From assembly GCF_001194135.2 (NCBI RefSeq), contig NC_068984.1:84518023-84582022 (forward strand): 64,000 nt of DNA, given 5' to 3'. Shown here one piece after another: positions 38,462 through 52,388 of this stretch; positions within the stretch are counted from its first letter, which is position 1, and every line of letters starts with the position of its first letter. The notes beneath the pieces are model-generated. The model had not been told where the DNA came from. It was given only the letters and a program-made list of their open reading frames with translations, and made no database searches. The position numbers and the translations under genes are program-made. Source of the stretch: Octopus bimaculoides. Its lineage: Eukaryota.

Positions 38462-41400
38462 CGGGCTTCTTTCAGTTTCCGTCTACCAAATCCACTCACA
38501 AGGCTTTGGTCAGCCCGAGGCTATAGTAGAAGACACTTGCCCAAGGTGCCACGCAGTGGGACTGAACCCGGAACCATGTGGTTGGTAAGCAAGCTACTTA
38601 CCACACAGCCACTCCTGTGCCTATGTAAAAGAAAAAACAGTATTGTTTAGGGTGATCATAAGATCATGTGTTCAGTTCCTGAATCAATGAGCATATTGTG
38701 TTCTTGAGCTAGGTATTTCATTTCTTGTTGCTCCTATTTCAACTGTGAATACCACCATATATGAATACCACCCAAGCACCTCTTCCCTCAGCTATCATAT
38801 CCTGGTTGTTCTACTGCAGGGGTGGGGAAACTCCTGCCTGCAGGTGCAATTGTGCCCGCAAGCCTGTTTTATTTTGCCCATAGGCTGATATACTCATATG
38901 TACAAAATACAGTAAAGTTTACAATCAAAATTTATACAATATTCGTGTACCTATTTGTGACATAGGTTGCATTTCCACTAAGACTTAAAATCGTCAGAAA
39001 TCGTCCGGTAATTGCTATTTGAATGGAAATTTTGTTTTCACTTTAAAACACATATTGCTAGGTTTATACCATCCACTTGAGATCCAACTACACTTTAGCT
39101 GAAAAAAATAGAATGCCTCATAAGTAATATAAACGTCTTAAATTCAGTGGCGGCGTTAATGAAGATGTTACACGTTAATTTAATGTGTTAAACTTATCTA
39201 TATTAATGTATATCAAATTATACATAGATATATACAAGATTTACACAGATATAAGAATTAGAACCTGTGATCCGCCCGTGGACCTTTTTCTTAGGAAATT
39301 TTTGCCTGCTGCACCAAAAAGTTTCCCCACCCCTGTTCTACTGGGACAAGAGTGAGTGGGCTGAGATTACCTATGTACCTAAAACTATGAGTGAAAGCAT
39401 GATACATGTTGCTAAGCCATGCTCATTCACAGGTGACACTAGCTTGCACAATCTTAGGTATGTAAAATGATAGGTTGGTAATGACAAGAAGTGTTTGCTG
39501 AATCAGGGTTGACTTGTGATTAAATGACAATGATGACAATGACAACTGTAAAATGTTGAATAAAAAGAATCATTTGTTGCTATCTTTATGATAGTTAAAA
39601 TATTGTTATGCACAAATGCACACACCCACGCACACGATATATGATATATATATATATATATATATGATATATATTTTTTTCAGGTCCGCAGCACCCATGG
39701 TTAATCCAAGCATATGCAAAATCAGTAAAATATCCCTTTGCTTCAATCCTGGGGCAAGAAATCTTTCAAGGAGGATTTGTTCCTTCTGATACAGATTATC
39801 AAATTTTTCAAAAATTTGGAAACATTCCAGGTGAGTTTGTAATATGTTGCCTAATGACTGTGTAGATGTGTTTCTGTATGAGTGGAGGGGGATGAAAGAA
39901 AGATACAGTTAGACAGTGAGAGAAAGAGTGAGAGAGAAAGAGAGTGAGTGAGAGAGAGACTTAGGAAGAAAGTGAGAGACCTGCACAAACGAAAAGATTG
40001 AGAGGGATAGTAGGAGAGAATAAGATGTAAAGACAGACTGTGACAGAGAGAAAGAGGGAGCAAGAGAGAGAGAAGGAGCAAGAGAGAGAGAGAGAGAGAG
40101 AGAGAGAAATTAGGACAGCTGAGGTAAGGGAAGAAAGAGAAGGACAGAAATTGGGACAGAGTAAGAGGCATATAGTCATACATGCTGAATTTGTTCATGT
40201 ATTTATGTTTCTGTGGTTTGTAGATATGCTTTAAAATGAATTAGCAGCAAAACACAGTTATTATAACAATCAATCTTGTAAAGCTCCTAGTTATTTGTTA
40301 CCTTTGAAAATTATATTCTGTAAATAAGCAAGTAAAACTTCAGGTGTTACACGTCAGTTGAATCAACTGCTATTGTATAATAATAAAAGATATGGTACTC
40401 TGAAGTAGTTGCAGAAACCTGTTTCTTAAGTTCTGCTAAGTTTGAAGAAACAGATACTTCACTTAACTTTTGTATTTTTTGCTCTTTTCAACCTAGAGAG
40501 AGTATTTAACTATTTGAATGGTTTTTATTCTGAAATAGGAAACTAGGCTTAGCTTTGGGTGGTAGGCTGAACGCACTGACCTGTGTAACATCATCACCAC
40601 CGCCAGGTCTTCCAATGTCTCTTGTAGGGGCTCTCTCTGTTGTAAGCATTTGGACTGGAGCCCAGTTCTCTCCTTGTTTGTGTTTGTCCTCCAGACATTG
40701 ACCTGCTGATGTTCAAGCTGGGCGTTGACCACATTAATCTCAACAGTTTTGGAACAGAGCCTAAAGATCTTGTGTGTTGTCCCTTCTCCCTTGACTAACA
40801 TATAAAATGAAGTAATCTATTATTAGCAGAGAACTTCAAAGTGTACAGGTGTGTGTTGAACAGATATAAGGAGCCTCCACTATATCAACTCTACATTTCT
40901 GGTAAAGACGTGTGTTGTTGACTTTGTTTGGTAATGAGGATTAGATGTAAGAGTTTGTAATAGAAAGAAGTCAATTTTTCTGTTACTATATTCATCATTC
41001 TCAAAACACTGATAATGTAGAATAGTACAAATCTGAGAAGGCAGCGGGAGTCAAGAAATTCCATGACTTGTGAGTCTACATATTAATAACTGCACTGTTA
41101 ATGTTAGGTCATTTGAAAAGTAGCCAAAGATGGCCTAAAATAATTTTAAAACTCTTGTTTTAAAAAATATGTTTTGTATGATGAGCTTTTCATCATCATC
41201 ATCATTTAGCATCTGTTTTTCATGCTAGCATGGGTGAGACAGTTTGACTGGTAAGTCAGAGAGCTACACCAGGCTCCAGTCTATTTTGGCTTGGTGTCTA
41301 TGGCTGGATACCCTTCCTAATGCCAACAACTCCACAGTGTACTGGGTGCCTTTTATATGTCACCAGTATGGGTGCTTTTTATATGTCACTGACACGAGTG

Positions 41401-43949
41401 CCTTTTATGTGTTACCAGCACGGGTACCTCTTATGTGCCACCGGCACTGGTACCTTTTATGTGTCACTGGCATAAGTACCTTTTATGAAATATAATGTTT
41501 TGTGGCAGTGAAATATAAATGGTGTAAAAATAAGAATGTTTAAAGTGACTGAACTGAAAGAAGACATGAGCTTCAGAGAGACAGTTTGCATACAGATGAG
41601 TTTAAGGTGAAGTAATATAGTAATTTATGTTGTGTTTGGGAAGAGTCATATTGTCTTAATGTGTTATTATCTAACACACTCACCAGTTCAATTTCCACTC
41701 ATTTATTATATTTTTTTCTTTCAAAATTTTCTTTGCTTTTACATCTTTGTCAGTGGATGTTCCATTGACATCCATTGACAAGGTTGCAAAAGCAACAAGA
41801 ATTTTGGAAGATAAAATGTAAATAATAAATGAGTAGAAATCGAACTGGTGAATGTGTTAGATAATAAGGCATTAAGACAATATGGCTCTCCCCACATACA
41901 ACATAATTTGCTTCAACACTCGAGTTCACATAAAGAATCTTGCAAACCAGATACAAAAATGAAGTAATATAGTAATTGATATGATAATTAGATACAGTGC
42001 TAACTTTATTCAATAAATGAAATTGAATTCTGTTCTTGAACTTATTTCAGCTTGGTGGTTGTGGCCATATGAAATTGGATAATATAAGCTAGGTAAAATC
42101 TTACGATGATATAAGTTTTGGTAGTTAAACAGAATTTAGTTAAGGAAGGCTTAAAGGACGCAAGACATTTACAATTTAAAAACATTGAAGACCAGCAGCT
42201 GAAACATTTTCCAAATGGTTTTAATGAGGTTGCCATTCTTTTCATTATTCATATGAGCTGTTGTGTAGCTCAAAGTCATTGAGCAGATCTATTTATCCAG
42301 TTACACCATTCCTTCACCTATCCATGAATCCATACTGCACACTGGCCCTCTATGTTTTATACTCATCTTACCAAAATTTCAGCCAAATCTCTTTTAAATT
42401 GTATGCAACTGTTTTTAAAATGGACGAAAATTTTGGTTAAAGTATTCTTGAATATAATATACCAGAGAGGAAGATGGGAAAGTCATTGTTTGAATGCGAG
42501 TTGAAATTTGAAGGTTTGACTCACAGAAGTATTTCTTTCATGTGCAGATATCATCAGAATGATGAATGATTGAAGATTGAGAATTATCAAAGGTGCTGTT
42601 GCTGATAATGATTATCTGCTTGTGTAAGACAGTTTTAATGATTATGTATATTAGTCTCAGTTTAGCTGTAATTAAGGAGATTTATGGTCAAAAGTGTTCT
42701 GGTCATGAACATCCAGTTTTTTGTTCATATATAGTGTATCAAAGCCTACATCATGCAATGTCCTTTATTTTTAAACTAATAGGGTGTGATTTGAGGACCT
42801 CTTCTCAGCTTATTTGTACCAGTATTTGTGTATAATTGGAATAGTTAAAAAATATTGAGTAAAAATCTCATAAGAAGTTAACTGGCATGTTCCTATTATT
42901 GTCTTTTGCTTTCCTTTGTCTGAAGAAATCGCTAAGATGAGCTATTTAGATTGGAATGTAGACTGTATTGCTTCACATGATTAACCCTTAAATGGCCGAC
43001 ATCATCAACTGCTGTTTCATTATAGAACAGTGGACATAGTCAATTGAAATTTCAAAAATTTTACTTGGATATGGCTATCATCAAAGGAAAGTGAATATTT
43101 TGCAGCACTTTTCAATAATAAGCTTGTAAATTTTATTGTTTAAGAGACTAACAATTGTTATAGTTTTTGTACTTATTTAAAGTGAAAATATGTATAAAAT
43201 TACTTTTAAGAAAAAGAGCCATGTTTTTGTTCGGTATATATGCTCATGCAACCCTTTCCTTTTGTTTAAGGGTTAAATGTGATAATAGGTTTGAGATCTG
43301 TGGAATTATGCTGTGTTGAAAAATTATACTATATATACTAGGACAGGAAGATGGGAATGGAATTGATAATACTAAACATTCATTGATCTGAAAAAGGCAA
43401 CAAATTTATGTTACATTTGTTTTTCGGGTCACTGAACAAGATGATTCAGCTTTTAATCATTTTGACCCCCTCTCTCTTTCAACGATGTCTGAAGGTCATT
43501 TGTTACTATATATGTTCTTTCAGTTCTAACTTTCTTCCTTAACCCTTTGAGCCACAGGCTCACTGCAGCAGCACACTTTCATTTGACTCTGTTCCTGGAA
43601 GATGTAGCAGCATGCTTTCATTTGACTATATTCCTGGAAGATGTAAGACTGGGTGACCACAAGTGTTTACTGCTGAAAATAACAATGTTTCTGCCAATTA
43701 GCAAGCTGTAAACATAAAACCACATGACTGCCCACTTTTCTAGGAGTATAGTCAAATGAAATTGCACACAAAAAATAAATCTGTGGGTTCAAAGGGTTAA
43801 ATGATGTGTATTGATGCAAATCCTCTAATTAGTCTTCTATCTTAGCTATTTGATATAATCTCTTACCTAGCATTGAAGATAATTTTAACAAAACCATAGA
43901 AGCTCCAGTTAAGAAGGGATGAAAAAAATTTAAGGCTTTTTCTATATAC

Positions 43950-44005
<56 letters not shown>

Positions 44006-46161
44006 CACATTCTGTATCCCACTAGGTGCTGCACTAACCACTATTCCTAGTTCTTCTACTTTAGAACATAAGCCATCTGGAAGTTCTTTTTTGTGTATGT
44101 TTTTCCTTTAACTGCTGGTTTGTTACTGTTCAAAAAAAAGTATCAACTGTGTTGATCTCACTGGTCTTGAAGGGTCTGCAAAGGACATGTGCTCAGCCCC
44201 TTCCTCCTGACAAATTGTACCCCTCACATCTTCCCCAAAAATCTTGTAAAGAGATGAACTTGTAAAGTATTCAGGGAGGTGACTACACTGGGAGAAGCTT
44301 GTAATTGGAGTGGGTGGATAATGATGCTGGTTGAGAAATTACTGTTGGTGGAGGGCCACATAAGAAAGACAAAGATATGAAAACAAACTGGTGTGATTTG
44401 TTTTCATTTTACTGATCACACATAAAATAATGAAACCTATTCTGATATGATATATTGTAGATCTGTCCAATTTAGGCTGGTTTACATAAAAAAGACATTC
44501 AGGTGTTGATTATTGTTGCTTAAACTCCAGTCACTTGTGGTTGAGCTGACCTATGATGAAGGCATTCCAGCTGTGAACATCTAGTGTTTGATAATGGTAA
44601 TGATGATTGCCTTGTTATGAATTGTCATGATTAATAAACCATCCAATAGATTGTGTTTGATGGTTGAGAGTTTGACAAATGTTTCATTTTACTATAAAAA
44701 ACAATAGGTTCAATCATTCAGGAATAAGAAATCTAATAATTTGTGATTGAGCTGAGTGACCGGAAATGCAGTGTAGATGTAAATGATTCCTTTCATATCT
44801 TAAGTTGACATTAAGAGTTGAGAAAATTATAATCTTCAGCTTAATGTGTAATGTCATTTAATATTTAAAGATTAAGAATGGTAAATAAGCACTTATTAGG
44901 TTAAATTTGAGAGTATAGTGATTATATAGTATATGAATATATTTAATTTTTTTTAAAGACTTGTGACATTTTGGCTATTTAATCCTTGAAAGTAGGAAAC
45001 TTAGGGAAAAGTGTGTCATATAAATATGTTTAAAAAATTTTTTATTAACAACAAAAATGGTGAGTTGTTTCATCCCAGGCCAGCCTTGATCAATTAAGCC
45101 TTTGATCAAATTTATTCCAGCTGTAACTATCTTTGTTTTTCAGACATAGTGTATCTAGAACCAGCATTAGCCAATGTGCCTTTTTCTTTTTTTTTAAAGG
45201 TAGTAGAATGTGTTATAAAGGAGATTTGGCTGCTATTTTTGGCAAATGAAACAACCCTATATCTAACTGTTTCACTTGAAGAAATGTCATATTCTCCTTG
45301 TCTCCCCTTCTTATACACATCCCCATATTCTATCTAACAAATCTTCTACAAATGTGATATTTCATAAATTTATTTGTTTCACACTTTGCTTTCCTTTGTG
45401 TGTCTGTTTGAGAATAAATGATATTGCATTATATACATATTTACAACTTTTCTCTCAGGTTTGGACATAGCCTATGTTACCAATGGTTACGTTTACCATA
45501 CCAAGAATGACCGAACAGAATTCATTCAGCCTGGTTGCATACAGAGAGGTGGTGAGTGTGTATATATTTAATGACCCTCTCCAGATCCTCAATATGCCCA
45601 TCTATCTTTCTCTTTCATGTTCTTTTTTCTTTGTACCTTCTGTTCATACTTCCCCTTATAATGTGAGTTAGCTCTGGAATCCCCTAAGCAACCTTCCTTA
45701 TTAACCTTAGTACTCTTGTCTTTTCCTTTTTTTTTTACTAACACCTAATACAAATTCTTACCATATTCCTTGTTCTGTTCATCTCCCTTCCTCAATGGTG
45801 TCTACTTTGTTACTCTCTCCATTACCACATTCTCAAAACTATGAAGCTATTTCTCTCTTCAAACTTAATCTTCTCCTGTCGTTTCACCTGGAATCATTGC
45901 ACCTCTCTCTCTATTGTTTTCCTTCAGTCATAGGGGCTCCATTCAGGTCCTCTATTTTGCGACTTGCAAGGTGATCTCACTAGTACTGATTCTATGAAAA
46001 AAGCACAGTGTTTGGTGACAGGAAGAGAATCCAACTCTAGAAACAATGTCAAAGCAGCAATTGGAGGATGATACAGTCCTTCAGCTTGTCAGATCCTGTT
46101 GAACAATCCAACCCATGCCGATATGGAAAAGGGACATTAAATTATAATGAAGATGATGATG

Positions 46162-46206
<45 letters not shown>

Positions 46207-49022
46207 CAAGGAATATATATACATGTATACACACATATATGTACATACTTACATCTACATGTGTATATATATGCATATCAGGGTACAGGACGTTAGAACA
46301 ATAAACTACAGACAACGGAACGAACACATAGGAAAACGGAAAGCCACTTGGAATATCCCTTCATCAGCTGTCTCTATTCTATCTAGACGTATATATATAT
46401 ATATATANNNNNNNNNNNNNNNNNNNNNNNNNNNNNNNNNNNNNNNNNNNNNNNNNNNNNNNNNNNNNNNNNNNNNNNNNNNNNNNNNNNNNNNNNNNNN
46501 NNNNNNNNNNNNNNNNNNNNNNNNNNNNNNNNNNNNNNNNNNNNNNNNNNNNNNNNNNNNNNNNNNNNNNNNNNNNNNNNNNNNNNNNNNNNNNNNNNNN
46601 NNNNNNNNNNNNNNNNNNNNNNNNNNNNNNNNNNNNNNNNNNNNNNNNNNNNNNNNNNNNNNNNNNNNNNNNNNNNNNNNNNNNNNNNNNNNNNNNNNNN
46701 NNNNNNNNNNNNNNNNNNNNNNNNNNNNNNNNNNNNNNNNNNNNNNNNNNNNNNNNNNNNNNNNNNNNNNNNNNNNNNNNNNNNNNNNNNNNNNNNNNNN
46801 NNNNNNNNNNNNNNNNNNNNNNNNNNNNNNNNNNNNNNNNNNNNNNNNNNNNNNNNNNNNNNNNNNNNNNNNNNNNNNNNNNNNNNNNNNNNNNNNNNNN
46901 NNNNNNNNNNNNNNNNNNNNNNNNNNNNNNNNNNNNNNNNNNNNNNNNNNNNNNNNNNNNNNNNNNNNNNNNNNNNNNNNNNNNNNNNNNNNNNNNNNNN
47001 NNNNNNNNNNNNNNNNNNNNNNNNNNNNNNNNNNNNNNNNNNNNNNNNNNNNNNNNNNNNNNNNNNNNNNNNNNNNNNNNNNNNNNNNNNNNATTTAAAC
47101 ACATAAGAGAGATGTCCATAATAGGACATCTAACCCATTAGAAGGAGCAGTCAAACTCCAAACCACAATTAGGGATAATTTCGAAAGGGAATGAAAAATA
47201 ATATCATTTACCATCTATTATCTTTATTTTTTATTTTATTTTTCATTCCCTTTCGAAATTATCCCTAATTGTGGTTTGGAGTTTGACTGCTCCTTCTAAT
47301 GGGTTAGATGTCCTATTATGGACATCTCTCTTATGTGTTTAAATATACACTGTATGTATTTATATGAATAATATATAGTCTATTGACTAGTTTTTTTCTT
47401 CTCGCTAGACCACTGGTAGCAAATAGAATTTCTAAATTTTTTGCTACCCTGAGATTTATTAATATATATATCACCATCGTTCAATGTCCGCTTTCCATGC
47501 TAGCATGGGTTGGACGATTTGACTGAGGACTGGTGAACCAGATGGCTGCACCAGGCTCCAATTTGATCTGGCAGATTTTCTACAGCTGGATGCCCTTCCT
47601 AATGCCAGCCACTCTGAGAGTGTAGTGTGTGCATTTACATGCCACTGGCACAAGTACCAGTAAGGCGACGCTGGTAACGATCATGCTCAAATGGTGCTAT
47701 TTACGTGTCACTGGCACGGAAGCCAGACAGCTGTTCTGGCAATGATCACACTTGGACGGTGCTGTTAGTGTTCCACTGGCACAGGTGCCAGTCATCGAAT
47801 TTAGTTCAATTNNNNNNNNNNTTCTAAAGGTCCCAGTCACTAGTCATTGCCTCGGTGAGGCCTAAAGTTCGAAGGTCATGCTTCACCACCTCATCCCAGG
47901 TCTTCCTGGGTCTACCTCTTCCACAGGTTCCCCCAACCGCTAGGGTGTGGCACTTTTTCACACAGCTATCCTCATCCATTCTTGGACTTTGGTGATATGT
48001 TTCCAGCACTCCTTCTTGCTTTGTTGGGGTTGCCAATGTTCGTGGTCTTCTGAAACGCTTCTCGTGGACATTCTGAACAGTTCCATCAGCTTCAAACTCC
48101 TCTCTAATTTGAGTGATGGTAAGTTGCATTGGTGGATCTGTTTGAAACTCCCTCCTAAACTGTCTTTGCCCTTCAACTGCGTTTTCACACTTCCAGTAGC
48201 ATTTTAAGGTGAATTTTCTTTGTTCAAAGCTTATTCTGACTGCCATCATTAATTCCAATGGGTTTCATCTTGAAAGAAAAATCATCACTTGAGTTATCAG
48301 CTGCTAAAGTGTGTATACATTTTTTGGGGACACCCTGTATATATATATATATATATATATCCCTCTATCATACTTTAGCCTCAATACCTGGCATAAAGCC
48401 ACCTCACCTTCTACTACAACCCCACTCAGTTAAGAAGGTCTCCTTTTTCTTGTCTTACAAGTTTCTTGGCAACCTCGCTAACACGGGTGTTGCAAAAAAC
48501 ACACACACATATATTTTGATCCAGAATGTAGAGAACCAGAGATGGTTGGATACCTTTCCTAATGTGAGTCACTTTACAGACTGAACCGGATGCTTTTTTT
48601 TGCAACACCAGTATTAGCGATGTTGTCCAGTAACTTGCAAGACATGGAAAAGGAGCTCTTTGTAACTGAGTGGGATTGTAGTAGATGGGGAGGTGGCTTT
48701 GTGCCAGGTGTTGAGGCTAAAGTATGATAGAGGGATAGGCGTGAGTGACTTGCTATGGAATATAAATGTATATATTTATTGATCATTATATGTGCATGGT
48801 ATGTAGTTATGAGCTACTTCTGGTTTCATACATTAGAGACTCATAAAATGATATTTATGTACATAAAACAATATTTCAAATGATATTTACGTACATTAAA
48901 CAATATTTCAAATGTACATTATGTACATTAAATGATATTTATCTCTCACCAGTTGGAGTACTTTTTTTTCTTGATCTTACCTAAACAGGAAAGGAAACTA
49001 TAAATATATATATATATGTATG

Positions 49023-49099
<77 letters not shown>

Positions 49100-50152
49100 A
49101 AACAAAGAGGAATTGTTAATGGATTAGTAATTCAGGTGAAATACTTCCTAAGCTCTCTGCAGATAAAATTACACCAGGCTAACAAAAAGTCTTCTGATCA
49201 CTATTAAACTATGTAATTCAAAATTACTGAAATTACATAAAAATATATTGAAATACTAAAGAGTAAATTTATTCAATAAAATTGCCATTGGCTTCAACCA
49301 TGGCCTCCAGATGATTTCGGAATCTCCTGCAACTCTTCTGAACAGTCTCTTTGTTTAAGTTGGTGAATGCTGCCATAATCCTTGCCTTCAGTTCACCTTT
49401 GGTGTTACAAGGAGTTCTGTTGGTCACTCGCTCAACTGCGTCCCACACATAATGATCAAGGGGGTTGCAGTCTGGGGAGTTAGGTGGCCAGATGTTAGGA
49501 GTGATGTGGTCTCAAAAATTGTCAGACAGCCATGACTGGGTTCTCCTGCTTGTGTGGCATGGTGCAGAGTCCTGTTGCCAAAACAGGGTCTTTCAGCAGC
49601 CACCCTCTTGACCCAGGCATTTGATGCAGGCCTCTGTGTTGAGTCTGAGGTCATGTGGGAAGATGAATGGAGGCATAATGTCGCCATCACTAGTGATCAC
49701 TCCAAACACTATGATGTTGATCGAATGTTTGATTTTTATCACTTTTGGTACATGTCCTCAGATTGACACCTAAACACTCTGAAATGTTTGTATTGGAGCT
49801 TCTGGCATGAATGCCAAGCAGAACAGCATGTTGTTTCAAAATTTCTGGCAGAGTGAGTTGTGTCATGGTGTTGTTTTTCTCACAGATGGTGCCCAACTGA
49901 TCCTATGATATTGTGTAGTCGACAGAATCAGAAACAAACACTGTGCATGCGCGAAATTGAAAATATCAAATGGCGACAATTTACCCATTGTGCCCTGTAT
50001 ACACACACTCACACACACACACACGTATAAACATACATATACTTACATACATACACACACACACACATTTTCATTATATACATGTGTGTGTATATATATA
50101 TATGTATGTGTGTGTGTGTGTATAAATATATATACATACATACACACACACG

Positions 50153-50185
<33 letters not shown>

Positions 50186-51493
50186 CATCATTTAATATCT
50201 GTTGTCCATACTTGCATGGGTTGGACGGTTTGACCAGAGCTCGTAAACTGGAAGGTTGCACCAGACTCCAGTCTCATTTGGCATGGTTTTCTATGGCTGG
50301 ATGCCTTTCCTAATGCCAACCACTCTGAGAGTGCATTGGGTGCTTTTACATACCACCAGCATGGGTGCCATTTGCGTGACACCAATATCTTCCACAACAA
50401 TGATTTTGCTCATCTTGATTGGTCTTCTTCTCAAGCATGACATAATGCCAAAGGTCTCAGTCATTGCCCCTGTGAGGCCCAGTGCTCAAAAGGAACTCAG
50501 CCACTTTGCCTCTGTGAGGCCCAACACTCGAAAGGTGCTCTTCATGTGCCACCGGCATGGGTACCAGTTACGTGACACCACCATTGGCCATTGTAAATAT
50601 ATCCAAATATTTCTTATTTATACACCTTATCTATCAATTAAATCATCATCATCATCATTTAATATCTACTTTTCCATGCTTGCATGGGTCAAATGGAGTT
50701 TATATGAGGCAGATTTCCTACAGCCGTATGTCCTTCCTGTTGCCAACCCTCATCTACTTTTAAGTCAATATTTTCCCATGGCCAGACGCATTCTTGCAGA
50801 AAACTGGAAATGAATGACACTGCTTATATGACAGTGACACTCATTTACAACTATCACATGATGTCAAGACAAGGAAACACAACCACACTCACTCACACAC
50901 ACACACACACATACATATTTGTATGTCTACAAAGTATCCTCAGTCTCCTGTGGAAGGACAAGGTGCCTCATACCAAAATCCTCCTGAGGACTGGGTTCTA
51001 CACAATTGAGGTCTCTATCCTTTATTGTCTTCTCTATTGAGTTGGACATGTCATTCGGATGCTGAGTAACCAGCTCCCAAAGTTGATCCTCTGCAGCAAG
51101 ATCAAGGCTGGAAATAGGTTGCACGGAGGTCCAAGACTTCGTTTCCATGACCATCTCGAACGGTTTCTTGTTTTATGTGGCATCCCTCCCACTCAGTCAG
51201 AGCCTGGCTGTTAATCAGAAGGCATGGAGGTCTGTATGTGATGCTGGCCTATAGTGCTTTGAAACTGGATGCTGGAGACTGCATGAAGAGACAAGGAGAT
51301 GTTGTCATCCCCACCCCCGTGTATGTTGTTCGGGGTCATTTTCAGTGCCCTCAGTGCCACAGGATCTGCCTGTCTCATCTCAGTCTTGTCAGCCACATTT
51401 GCTCCCATGAGAAACAATGTGCTGGATGCAGAAGAGGATGAATGTCTTGGATTAATGTTGTCATTAGTTACAATTGGCAAAGTGAAGTAAAAA

Positions 51494-51544
<51 letters not shown>

Positions 51545-51571
51545 ATGTGTATATATGTGCTTGTTTGTATG

Positions 51572-51607
<36 letters not shown>

Positions 51608-52343
51608 CTAAAATATTCTCACCATTTTTGTTGTTATTTTCAAGGTGAAAATTTGAAAGACCTGTTGGAAACAATAGCCTCCACACCAAAACTAGCTGAC
51701 CCAGGTGCTGATCGTCATGGCAACATGGTATTTTATGATGTGCTGGGTTTTTATATGTTTGCTTACCCTAAACGTATAGCAGCAATCCTGAACATTGTCA
51801 TTGTAGTGTGCAGTCTGTTACTTATTGCTAAACGTAATCTTCACTATGGCAACAGTTCTAAAGGTGAGTGTTTCTTCTTTCCAGAAATTTATTTTATTTC
51901 AAATTATTTTGTTGTTTTTGTTATTGTTATTATTACCTCCACCTTAGTAGAGACGTAGGTGTTGCTTTCAGTCGTTTGTTTGTTTGTTTGTTTGTCTGTG
52001 GACAAGATATCTCAAGAACTACTGGATGGATTCAGATGAAACTTTCAGGAATGTTTGGCCTTGTGACTGGCACAGTCCAATTAGATATTGAGATTAATCC
52101 GGTACCGGACAAGGATTCTGGATTATTTTTCCGATTTTTTTTACTTTACATGTATATACTCTTTTACTTGTTTCAGTCATTTGACTGTGGCCATGCTGGA
52201 GCACCGCCTTTTAGTCGAGCTAATTGATCCAGGACTTATTCTATCGGCCTCTTTTTGCCGAACCGCTAAGTTATGGGGACGTAAACACACCAGCATCGGT
52301 TGTCAAGCGATGTTGCGGGGACAAACACAGACACACAAACATA

Positions 52344-52388
<45 letters not shown>

